Source of the DNA: Nageia nagi
Lineage: Eukaryota > Plantae > Pinophyta
DNA: 64,000 bases
NCBI GenBank assembly: GCA_050084985.1
Contig: JBITNC010000001.1
Coordinates: 187,798,001-187,862,000, forward strand
Reading direction: 5' to 3'
Shown here: positions 39,257 to 51,449 of the stretch, piece after piece
How the letters are laid out: every line of letters begins with the position of its first letter
How positions within the stretch are numbered: position 1 is the first letter of the stretch
Translations under genes and position numbers: made by a program
The notes under the pieces: generated by a model
What the model saw: the letters and a program-made list of their open reading frames with translations, nothing else
What the model was told of the DNA's origin: nothing
Databases searched by the model: none

Positions 39257-42200
39257 TGCCCACACAACACACGCCAAGATGCAGCATTTTGGGGATCTAA
39301 TTTTTGAAAATTGCAATAAAGGATATTGCTTGAGAATGACTAGACTACGATCGATATGAAGATTCAAAGTGGCCAGATGATCAAGCAGTGCACGAGAATG
39401 CCCCCAGAGTCATGAAGACAGTTCAGCGTATCCAGTGGCTAGATCAAGACCCGGTTTCAAGTGATATCTCACAGGATGGAGTTTTGGGTCATGACAAGGA
39501 TTGGAAAGTGGAGTTTTTCATGAATTGGCAAATATGGTGGAAAAAGTACGTTTTCGTCAATTTTGAGCTCGAAAATGGCAAGTTTGATGAAAAATGTGCG
39601 TTTTGGTCAATTTTGAGCTCGGAAATGGTCAATATAGTAAAAATGTGCGTTTTTGCAGTGTTTGATATCAGAAAGCTCAGATATGACCAAAAATGCAAAG
39701 TTGAGCTTGAAATGATCGGAAATGCCGGAAATGATCGGCCTGATCATTTTTGCACACTTTGTGCCTGAAAATGACCGAAAATACAAAATTTGAGCTCAGA
39801 TATGATTAAGAATGCAAAGTTTAAGCTTGGAAGTGCCAGAAAGTGCGTTTTGGTCAAGTTCAAGCTTGGAAAGGATGGAAATGACTGGGAGTGTAAAGTT
39901 TGAGCTCGGAATTGATGGGAAATGCAAGTTTGAGCATCCCTAGGGGACAAAATAAAGAGATAAGAGTTTTGACTTCCAAGAAGTGTAAAGTTGAGCTTAG
40001 ACATAGAAAAGTGAGTTTTTTTCAAAACAAGTTGAAATGAAAATCTATGAGAAAGGTGTGATGCCAATTGACAAATTAGGTAACTTTGCTCTTGGAAAAT
40101 TCAAAAAAACTCAAGTTTTGCCCTCCAAAATCCTAGGGGGGGAGAGTTGCCAACTTATAGCTCTTTTTCAAGATTCTCAAAAAAGGCCTACCTTTTGGGA
40201 GGCCTAGATTGATCCAAATTTGAAATTTTCCAGCTTGGGAGTATGGAGAATGCAATTCTACATCAAATTGGTCTTTCAAGTTTGCAATTTGGAACAGATT
40301 TGCTCCCTCAAAAGTGGAAAAAATAGAAAAATGAGAAAAGAGTAAAGGGCAGCCAATAGAAATGCTTGAAATTTTCCAAATTCCAAAAATTGCCAAATCA
40401 AAATCTAAGAGAAAGGTATGATGACAAATCCAATTTTAGGCACCTTTGCTCTTGAAAATTTTGGAAAAACACAAAAAAAATGCCTCCCCTTTTCCTTGGT
40501 GTAGGTTTGCCAACTCATGCCCCATTTTTCAAAATCTCGAAAATGGCCTATCTTTCCTAAAATCAGCGCAAGTATTTGATAAAAAGTGAAAATTTTCACC
40601 TTCATGAGGTGTAGGATAGGATTTCACACAAGTTTGATGATTTGAGTTTTTCAAAAAAGTAAGATCTAGTCTTCCAAAATCATCAAAAAGTGGGCAGCCA
40701 ATGAGACAGCTCGAAAATTTCCCAAATTTTCAAAAATTGGCAAAATCGAAAAAGAAGAGAGAGGTAAGCTGGCAAATCCAAAGATGAGCCAACTTTGCTC
40801 TTGAAAGTTTCAAAATTACTAAATTTTTGTCCCCCAAAAAAAGTTAGGCACACATTTGCCAACTTATGGGCCATTTTTCAAAATTCCAAAATCTCTCTAT
40901 CTTTGCTAAAACCTGCACCAAGCATGGAGGCTCCTAAATTTTGTCAAAAATTGAAAATTTTAATCATAGGAGCATGGGAAATCCAATTTTGCACAAGTTT
41001 GATGTTATAAGTTTTTGGAAAAAAATGGATCTACTCCTTCAAAATTATGAAAAAATGGGCAGCCAATGAGAGAACTTGAAAATTTTCCCAAATTTTCAAA
41101 ATTTGAAAAATCAAAATTGGAGAGGAAGGTAGGGTGGCAAGTGCTAAGTTGAGCAACTTTGCTCTTGAAAGTGTTAAAAATGAGCAAAAATTGTCCCCCT
41201 AATTCCAAGTCGCTGGTTTTCCAAGTTATCTAACTTTTGAAACTTTGAAAAAGCTCCTTATGCCTTGCAAAACCTGCGCCAAGCCTTCTTGTCCCCCAAA
41301 ACTTGCCAAAATTGCAATTTTATGCCTCCATGAGCTAGGTGGTGTGATTCTACACCATTTTGGTCTTCCAATTGTGCAATTTGGAGAAGAAAAACTCCTC
41401 CAAACCATGGATTTGTCCTCCAATATGATTCAAAAGCTGAAAAGATCAAATAATTGAATAATTTCTTCAAAAATATTAAATTTTAGAATCCAAATGTGAA
41501 GCATGGATGTTAAGGAGCATGCAAAAACCTTCAACTTTGCCAATTTCTTCAAAAATATTTGCATGCTCCTTGAGGCAAAGTCTATAAAATTGATAATTTC
41601 TTCAAAAATATTAAATTTTGGGCCTAAAGTCTATAAATATGCCCTCACACTTCCATTTCTCTCACTATTCTCATTTGCACCCTCATGTTGCCAAATTTTT
41701 GAAGAATTGGAGAGCAAAAAGAAGAAGGAAACCCAAAGTTCAGCCTTAGAGGAGAATTTGAAGCCCTAGCACCATTGCCATTCACCCAAATACCATCAAC
41801 CTTCAAGATCCAAGGACTCTCCATCACACATAAACTCCTTTTTTTTTTTCAAGTTTCTGACAATTTATGGTCCAAAACCCCATTTTCCAAGATCCCAAAC
41901 CCTTGAAAAATATTTTTTTAGAATCCAAGTTTCATCACTTATTTGGACACCCATTATCCTTGTGATCATCTTTTATTTTAAGCCAAAAAAGTGAAAAACA
42001 GAAAAAATATCTATGATCCAAGATCTTAGTGCCTAAAATCCAAAATTATTCGAAAAGTTTTCAAAAATTTGATGAAATTTTTTGAAGGCCTCTAAAAAGT
42101 GTTTTTTAAGTCCGAATTGGCTATTTCAAAGTTTAAAACACCTTCCCTACTCATTCCCCATCTACCTAAGGTGTTAAAAACCAATTCCGGCACCATTTGG

Positions 42201-42846
42201 CAAATTTGCCAAAATTCACCCTCCTTTCTTTGCAAAATTTCTTGTTAAGTCTATCTTTCTGAGCTAAAATTTGAAAATCTTCCAAAAATCCCAATTCTTT
42301 GAAAATCTTTTCCAAGGCATTTCCCTCTAGGTCAATTACCTTGGTGTTATTCCAAACTCACTCAAAAGACCTTGAAACTTTGCAAATTTTGGCACTTCCA
42401 ATGATGACACGGGTTAGAATAAAATCTAAAAAACTTCAAATTTTCGAACATTCCTCTTTTTGCCCAAAAAGTGCTAGATAGTTGCTAGGACTCTCCTAAC
42501 ACTATGTTGTTCACTTAACAAGGAAAAAATGGCGTTAGTTGCACAAAATATTAAAGCCAAGAAGCAAAGAAGGCTCACAATGGAGATACTGATTGTAACT
42601 CCTTGGATCCAATTAGAACATTGAAAAAGATACAGTTTATGGATCCTACTTTGCTAGTAAACGACACATTGAAATCATCTTTGCTAGTAAAGGCATCTAT
42701 GGTACCATTTGCCTCACCTTTCCTAGAGTTGTGCTATGAACTGGGAAAGCATTGCAACACCAAAAGGCGAAGACTCCTTGATAGAAACAATGTGACGATC
42801 ATGGAAATCTCTAAGAACGGAATAGAAAAGGCCTTCGCTTGGACAA

Positions 42847-45800
42847 TGTTGGAGTGTTTTTCATTCCTACGACGACTGAAAAGGACTTTATACCTCCCTA
42901 ACAACATAGTCGGGAAGGTATTACCAATTCCCCCATATGAAAAGGACTTTATACCTCCAAGGATCTTGTTGAAACACCTACTCAATGCTCTGACGTTTGT
43001 AGGTATCCTTGCCAAGAAAAATCCAATGCTTGTGCAAGTGTTTCTGCATAGGGATATATGATGTAGTGCAGTATTCCTCTTTGGAATCAGTCTCAATGGA
43101 AAAAAAAATGGAATGAGAGGTAGTAGCTTGTTAACCAATATTTTTTATTTGATGCATAGAGTTTATTCATAATATTTGTGTGTGGACTTAATGATTGTAT
43201 TTGGGTTTGGAAAGCGTAAAGAAAGCATAAAGACAATACTGGAAAAGGTGAAGGACAACACTTTTGAAAAAAGAAACGAATACTTGGCCAAGTACGAGTT
43301 TGAGTTTCATTGATAGGAAGTGTCTAAGAGTTGATGTCTTTCAAATCAGTTAAGAATTCTTCCAACTTTGTAAACAAACAACTTTCAATGTTCAAATGGC
43401 TTCAAAGAGGAGTGGGGAGGAATGCTAATTGTCGATTCTCTACGAATAGAACTGATGCAATTAAATGGAAATGGAAGTTTCAAAGTGAATGGAACATGGT
43501 TTTAGATGAAGGACCTAGATAGATGTCATGAAAGTAGAAACTGACATAGAATACTCAATCAACTTGTATGTCAAGAATCAAGCAACAAGCATAGGCTGGT
43601 TTCAAACACTTTGTCAAAAAGTACTATGATAATTTCCCTAAAACTCGAAATTTTTCAAAGGAACGAAGCGAAAATGCACAAACACCAATATGAAAAGTTT
43701 CAAACTCAAGTCATTTAGCATAACCACTTTGTATTAATTTTGAAAAAGGATGTGCAAAGATTTACAAATGTGCTCTCACTTTTCAAAAAGTTCTTTCTTA
43801 CAATAAGGAAATCCTGTGTCTCTTACTTATAGATTTTTCGAAACCCTAAAAATGAGTTTTGAAACCCTAATCCCTAATTGCAAAATTAAAAGCTAATTAC
43901 AAGCAAATTTGAATGCTAATTGAGATTACATTTCGAGTTAGTGGAAATCCACTAAGTAAGCCAAAATTTGGCTAAAATATCAAAATTTGCCAAAATAGAC
44001 CCCTTTCTATTCTGACGGTGGCAGGAAGATTGCTTATATATGTGTTGCCATTTTAGACTCAAAATCATCTTCTATAAACATCTCTATATTCTGAATTTCC
44101 CAGTGGATTATCTGGAGGACTTCTTCATTCAATAGCAAGTACTCCAGGATGGCCTTATTGATTTTAATCATTTCCTTCCACCATATGGTGAATCTAATTC
44201 CTCCGTTCTTCTGTTTTCCTGTTTTTAGGCTATGTGGATCCACCGTTTTTCCTATTTTTTGCAATAATGGCATGGATTGCTATCATCACCATCATGTACT
44301 CCTTAATACTACCATTTTCTTCAAACAAAGGTATCTAGAATTCATATTTCTTTGCTTGCTCGCTGATAACAGCCTTAAGTTGAATCCTTGTGTAGATGAA
44401 GTCAATGGATTTGACATTGACATAGAACAAGTAATCATAAAGCTGGAACCAATCGTGACAGCAATCTAGCACGATTGGATGATGGGAAGCCCTCCTTCGT
44501 AGGTTGAACATTGTGGGGTATCCTTTCTTCCATCGAATGATTAAATTGTCTAGTTTTTCTGCTTGAGAATGTGAGCCCTCCTCAATATAAAAAACTATCA
44601 TGCTTGAGTGGAATGCTTTGATGGCATTAATAAGATCCTTGGTCCATTCTTGTTTCACGACAGTAATTCTAGTGTTCAAGTCAACCTGCTTCTTAATGTC
44701 TTCAATTGTCAAGTTAGCAGCCTTTAACTTCATTAGCAACCATTTCCTAACTAGCCACTTTCTTCTTTAGTTCCCGGATCTCTAAATTTAGTAAGGTACC
44801 AAATTCTCTCAATGTCCATGCATTTGTGATGATGTTGTGCTCTATTCCCAATGGAAAAACAATCTCTGCAGGGGCCTCTTCTATCTCAACTGTGAGAGCA
44901 AATTTTCCGGTACCATCCTTATTCTTTCTTGAGTAGAGCTTGTCCTTGTAGGTGACTTTACCTATAGTGGTGGTCAAAGTATCAATTTCTCAAAGTTCCT
45001 TATTTTCATCTTCGAAATCTTCTCCTTCGCAAGAATGATTTGAACTCAAGTTTGCAATCATTGTGGCCATGTCGAAGCGTGGTTCCATGGATTTATTTCC
45101 ATAAGGAACCATGTATTTGTCTCCTATGATTTCGACATCGTGCTCTACCTGCCTTCTTTTCCTTCGTTGGTCTTCATTTTCTCTGTCTTCTTCCTGATTT
45201 CCATCATCTCCCCCCGAAGATGATGCCAATGTCCTGGATCTTGATGTACCCCCTTCTGAACTATTGTCAATGTAGCCTTCTAAGATTGTGGCATTTGAGA
45301 TGCCTTTTTCTGAGGAGATCAGTTGTGTGATTGTCTTCGTCAAGAATCTCTAATGAGTTATCGGTTCTGACTTTATCGAAGGCAATGTCCAGGTTCATTT
45401 CCATATCGGTGTCAATTGCATTAATATCCATCTCTTCATTAGACTCTCTAACGAGCTACTCGGTCCATACCTGTCAAAACTGGATGATGGTGTATTGGGG
45501 TTTGGATTCAAGCACATGCCACTCCAATTCAAACCTTGTGGGAGATCTATCTTTTTCTGCAAGTGTTTGAATGGTTGAGAGATAAAACCTGCCCTTTTGA
45601 GATCCATGATTCCATTCTTTGTACCCATGACAGTAGTTTCAATGGTTTGTTTGGGGATGCTATTGGTAGCATAATGCCCATTTTGTCCTTGAGCCATGGT
45701 TACTGAGGTTGATATTATAGGAATAACATACCCATGGCTTAGGGGGGTACTATGACCTATGCATCAACTTTCAACTTAGCAGCTTCTTCTACTTCTCGTT

Positions 45801-46411
45801 TCTACTCATTTTTCAACTTTTTATCGATTTGTTGAACCTGCAAGGTGTCTTGAATGTTTATGTACCTCTCTATACTGCCAAGGGACTAGTGTGGATATGA
45901 TGAGCTCCATGTTTTCTGAAAAAATGCATCAATCACTCCATCTGAATCATAATGATCAACAGCTACCTCAATTGGGAGTTCATAAAGTGCTAACTCTTGT
46001 TTGATCATGCCAATTTGATGCCAGGTAGTGCACTCATAATTCCCAATGATAATAGGTAATTGGTAGGTTGGCGAAGCTTTCTTTACCCGTACCTTATCAT
46101 GTAAGTTAAGCAAGTGTCTAGAAAATTCCATAAGGATGAGCCGATCACTTGCATAACGAGGTAGCTTGTAAGGAGCTTCATTGGAACCATAGACTCTGAG
46201 GTATGTGAATTTTGTCTTCCATAAAGAAGTTTGTGTGTCCCTTGCTAGTGGTAGCAGCTTTATCAGATATTTTGTGTACGTTGTTTCTGCCCATGATCTC
46301 TTTATACATATTGCCTTCAAAACCTGCATTCATCATCATCCAATTGCTCTGATTCCATTTGTTGTGAGAATAGAACTGTGGGTAATTCTCCCATATTGGG
46401 TGTGTGGGATC
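42847..46411 (-). mobile_element. Truncated same-family copy nested in opposite orientation
   Basis: Starts TGTTGGAGTGTTTTTCATTCCTAC, equivalent to the reverse complement of the 51357 terminus. It is the inverted counterpart of 47916-51357 (ORFs 43331..43522+ vs 50657..50860-; 45886..46329- vs 47988..48245+). Ends at an ATC microhomology. Confidence 0.85.
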
Positions 46412-47132
46412 AACCTTCAAGATCCAAGGGCTCTCCATCTCACAAACTCCTTTTTTTCAAGTTTTTGAGGATTTATGCTCCAAAACCGCATTTTCCAAGA
46501 TCCCAAAGCCTTTAAAATATATTTTTAGAATCCAAGGTTGATCACTTATTTGGATACTCATTATCCTTGTGATCATCTTTTATTTTCAGCCAAAAAAGTG
46601 AAAAACAGAAAAAATATCTATGATCCAAGATTGAGTGCCTAATATCCAAAAATTTTCGAAAAGTTTTCAAAAAATCCATAAAAATTTCGAAGGCCTCCAA
46701 AATGTGTTTTCAAAGTTCGAATTGGTGATTTCAAAGTTTAAAACACCTTCCCTGCTCATTTCCCACCTACCTAAAGTGTTAAAAACCAATTCCAGCACCA
46801 TTTGGCAAATTTGCCAAAATTCACCCTCTTTTCTTTGCAAATTGTATTGATAAGTCTATCTTTCTGAGCTAAAATTTGAAAATCTTCCAAAAATCTCGAT
46901 TCTTTGGAAATCTTTTCCAAGGCGTTTCCCCCTCAGTCAGTTACCTTGGTGTTATTCCAACCTCACTCAAAAGACCTTGAAACTTTGCAAATTTTGGCAC
47001 TTTCGATGATGGCACACTTCGAATAAAATCGAAAATAATCCAAATTTTCTAAAATTCCTCTTTTTGCCCAGATAGTGCCAAGTAGTTGCTAGGGCTTTCC
47101 TAACATTGTGTTGTTCAGTTATCAAGGACAAA

Positions 47133-50122
47133 ATGGCGTTAGTTACACAAAATAGTAAAGACCCGAAGCAAAGAAGGCTCACGATGGAGAGCCACATCAC
47201 CCTTGAACATACTACAGTGCCGGCCCATGGCAAAGATCACTGACCATCTGAGTGAAATTGGAGATACTGATTGTAACTCCTTGGATCCAATCAAAACATT
47301 GACAAAGATACAGTTTATGGATCCTGCTTTGCTAGTAAACAACACATTGAAATCATCTTTGTTAGTAAAGGCATCAATGGTACCATTTGCCTCACTCTTC
47401 AGCGATTTGTGCTACGACCTGGGAAGGCATTGCAACACCAGAAGGTAGAGACTACTTGATAGAAACAATGTGGTGATCATGGACTTCTCCGAGAACAGAA
47501 TAGAAAAGGCCTTCCTTTGGACAAGTGAAGGCATATCATACAAAGTGCAAGATTCCATGAGATTCTACGAAAGTCTGAAACTTTCGCTTGATCTAATCAG
47601 AGATTGGTTGGCCGATGACTGTAAGCATCTAACAAAGAAGCATTCTATCCAACAATATCCAGAATTATAGCAATGCTCTCCAAAGTGACCAAACAAAAAG
47701 ACGACACCAAATTTTGGCCAGAATTCATCAGATTTATAGATTTAATCAGTAGCGGTAAAGGCATAAGGTGAAGTAGAGTGATCAATGACACCTTGGCTCA
47801 ACAGTTGAAAAACACATAGAGGAGCAAGAAATTCTACATAAACTCCTACTTGGTTTACTTACTCCTTCACGATAAGGAGAGGGTAACCTCTATTGCCAGT
47901 ACCGAATTCTTATACGACCCCACACATACAGTATGGAAGAATTACCCACGGTTCTATTCTCACAACAAATAGAATCAAGGCAATTGAATGATGATGACTA
48001 CGGGTTTTGAAGGCAAAATGTATGAAGAGATCATGGGCAGAAGCAATGTACACAGAATATATAATAAAGTTGTTGCCACTATCAAGGGACATGCAAACTT
48101 CTTTATGGAAGGCATAGAATTCACATACCTCAGAGTCTATGATTCTAAAGAAGCTCCTTACAGGCTACCCCGTTATGCAAGTGATCGGCTCATCCTTATG
48201 AATTTTCCAGACACTTGCTTAGCCTACATGATAAGGTATGGGTAAAGATGGCTTCACCAACATACCAATTACCTGTTATCATTGGGAATTATGAGTGCAC
48301 TACCTAGTGTCAAATTGACATGATCAAACAAGAGTTAGCACTTTATGAACTCCCAACTGAGGTAGCTAAGGATCATTATGATCCAAATGGAATAATCGAT
48401 GCATTTTTTAAGAAAGCATGGAGCTTGTCATATCCACATTAGTCCCTTGGCAGTATAGAGAGGTACAGAAGCATTCAAGACACCTTGCAGGTTCAACAAA
48501 TTCACAGGGAATTGAAAAAAGAAGAGAAACAACAAGAAGCAAAAAAAGCTGCTAGGTTGAAAGCTGATGCACAGGTCGTAGTACCCCCAAGCCATGGGTA
48601 TATTATCACCCTTAGTAACCCTGTCTTAAGGACAAAATGGGCAATATGCTACGAATAGCATCCCCAGATAAGCCATTGAAGCTATTGTCACAAGTACCAA
48701 GAATGGAATAATGGACCTTAGAAGGGCTAGTTTTATCTCTCAACCATTCAAACACTTGCAGAAAAGGATAGATCTACCTCAAGGTTTGAATTGGAGTGGC
48801 GCTCACTTGAATTCGAAATCCAGTACACCATCATCCAATTCTGACAAGTATGAACCAAGTAGCTCGACAGAGTTTGATGAAGAGTTTCAGTTTTTTACAG
48901 ATCTTAATGCAATCATCGCTACCGACATGGAAATGAATAGATACATTGCCTTTGATAGAGTCGAAATTAGTAAACTAATAGAGATTCTTGATGAAGACAA
49001 TCTCGTGATTGATATGATTGTAAAACAAGCAGCAGTAGCAGCCACCACCTCAGAAGGCTATATAGACAACAACTTAGAAGGGTACATCAAGATCTAGGAC
49101 ATTGGCATCATCTTTGTGGGGAGATATGATGGAAATCAAGAAGATAGAGAGAATGAAGACCAATGAAGGAAGAGAAGACAAGTAGAGAACAATGTCGAAA
49201 TCATAGAAGACGGAGAGATGGTCCCTTATGGAAATACACCTACGCAACCATGCTTCAACATGGCTACAGTGATGGAAAACGTGAGTTCAAATCATCCCTG
49301 CGAAGGAGAAGATTTAGAATATGAAAATGAGGAACTTCGACAAATTGAAAGGACAAGCTCTACTCAAGAAAGAATAAGGTTGGTACTAGAAAATTCACTC
49401 TGACAGTTGAAAAAAAAGAGGCACCTACAGAGATTGTTGGTCCATTGGGAATGGAGCATACATAATCACAAATGCATGAGCATTGAGAGAATCCGGTACC
49501 TTATTAAATATGGAGATCCGGGAACTAAAGAAAGTGACTACTCAAGAAATGATTGCTAATGAAGTCAAGGCTGCTAACTTGACAGTTGAAGACATTAAGA
49601 AGCAGGTTTACTTTGAACACTGGACTTACTTCCTTCAAACAAGAATGGACCAAGGATCTCATTGATGATATCAAAGCACTCCACTAAAGGATGGTAAATT
49701 CTTATATTGAGGAGGAGGGTTCACATTCTCAGGCGGAAAGACCCCACAATGTTTGACCTACGGAGAAGGGCTTCCTATCATCCGATCGTGCTAGCTATCT
49801 GTCATGACTGGTTCCAGTTTTATGATTACTTGTCCTATGTCAAAGTCAAATCCACCAACTTCATTTACACAAGGACTCAACTTACGGCCATTATCAACGA
49901 TCAAGCAAAGGAATATGAATTCCAGATACCTTTATTTGAAGAAAATGGTGGAAGGAAATGGTTAAAACAAATAAAGCCATCCTAGAGTACCTGCTACTGA
50001 ATGAAGGAACACTCCAGATAATACATCGGGCAATCCGAAATATTGAAACCTTCATGGTAGAAGAATTTGAAGCTAAAATGGCAACACATGTACAAGCAAT
50101 CTTCCTACCACTGCCAGAATAG
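47133..50122 (+). pseudogene. Disrupted ~1000-codon ORF of unknown function carried by the element (partial copies at ~42529-42846 + and ~44007-46411 -)
   Basis: Consecutive plus-strand fragments 47203, 47470, 47988, 48711, 49218, 49483 and 49707 chain from an ATG at 47133 to TAG at 50120-50122. Peptides conserved between copies, e.g. FTYLRVY.S.EAPY.LPRYASDRLILM and LRRRAS.HPIVL..CHDWFQ.YDYL. No gag, RT or integrase motifs. Confidence 0.7.
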
Positions 50123-51449
50123 AAAAGGGTCTATTTTAGCAAATTTTGATATTTTAGCCAAATTTTGGTTTACTTAGTGGATTTCCACTAACTCGAAATG
50201 TAATGTCAATTAGCATTCAAATTAGCTAGTAATTAGCTTTTAATTTAGCAATTAGGGATTAGGGTTTCGAAACTCACTTTTAGGGTTTCGAAAAGTTTAT
50301 AAGTAAGAGACATGGGGTCTCATTATTGTAAGAGCTTCATTATTGAAGAAACAACTTTTTGAAAAGTGAGAGCACATTTGTAAATCTTTGAACATACTTT
50401 TTCAAAATCAATACAAAGTGGTTATGCTAAATGACTTGAGTTTGAAACTTTTCATATTGGTGTTGTCGATTGAATCTTTGAAGGCTTTCATAGTTGGTTT
50501 GTGCACTTTCGCTTCATTCCTTTGAAAACTTTCGAATTTAGGGAAAATATCATAGTACTATTTCACAAAGTGTTTGAAACCAGCCTATGCTTGTTGCTTG
50601 ATCCTCAACATACAAGTTAATTGGGTATTCTATGTCAGTTTCTACTTTCATGACATCTATCTAGGTCCTTCATCAAAAACCATGTTCCATTCACTTTGAA
50701 ACTTCCATTTCCAGTTAATTGCATCGGTCCTATTCGTAGAGAATCGACAATTACCATTCCTCCTCGCTCTTCTTTGAAGCAATTCAAACGTTGAAAGTTG
50801 TTTGTTTGCAAAGTTGGAACAATTGGATGAAGAATTCTTAACTGATTCGAAAGAGATCAACTCTTAGACACTTCCCATCAGTGAACCAAAAACTCTTATT
50901 TGACCAAGTATTCGTTCCTTTTTTCAAAAGTGTTGTCCTTCACCTTTTCCAATATTGCCTTTATGTTTTCTTTACGCTTTCCAAACCCAAATACAATCGT
51001 TAAGTCCACACACAAATATTACGAATAAACTCTATACATCAAATAAACAGCGTTGGTGAACAAGCTACTACCTCTCATTCCATTCATTTTTCCATTGAGA
51101 TTGATTCCAAAGAGGGATACTGCACATACATTATATATCCCTACGCAAAAACACTTGCACAAGCATTGGATTTTGCTTTGCAAAGATACCTACAAACATC
51201 ATAGTGTTGAGTAGAAGTTTCAACAAGAGACTTGGAGGTATAAAGTCCTTTTCAAATGGGGGAATTGGTAACGCTTTCCCGACTATTGTGTTGGGGAGTT
51301 CCTAAAGCCTGAGGTGATTTTCAAAGAGTTATCGCAGGAAAGAAAAATAGCCCAACATATAGTATTGAGACTTTGAGTCTTGAAAATGGCCTCCATTCCT
51401 AGCCAAGCCAAAACCAACAAGTCCAAATGACTAGACTCACAATCTTAAA

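Larger units (their letters stand above)
39257..51357 (+). mobile_element. 12.1-kb rearranged LTR-retrotransposon-derived element (TG..CA, 5-bp TSD) without gag/pol; reconstructs to a ~7.4-kb LTR-like unit
   Basis: TSD TATAG at 39252-39256 and 51358-51362, splitting the tandem repeat; ends TGCCCAC...CCCAACA. Diverged direct duplication 41795-42846 vs 46409-47524. Internal ~350-bp subrepeats (GGGCAGCCAAT near 40347, 40691, 41057). Strand inferred from ORF and TATA-like motifs (~41631, ~50296). Confidence 0.8.

Noticed and set aside
42847-51357. A second long-TIR element (TGTTGG...CCAACA with 3.5-kb arms) like the one at 15066-20550
   Set aside because: Flanks differ (GACAA vs TATAG). The TATAG TSD pairs with 39252-39256, so nesting plus deletion explains the structure.
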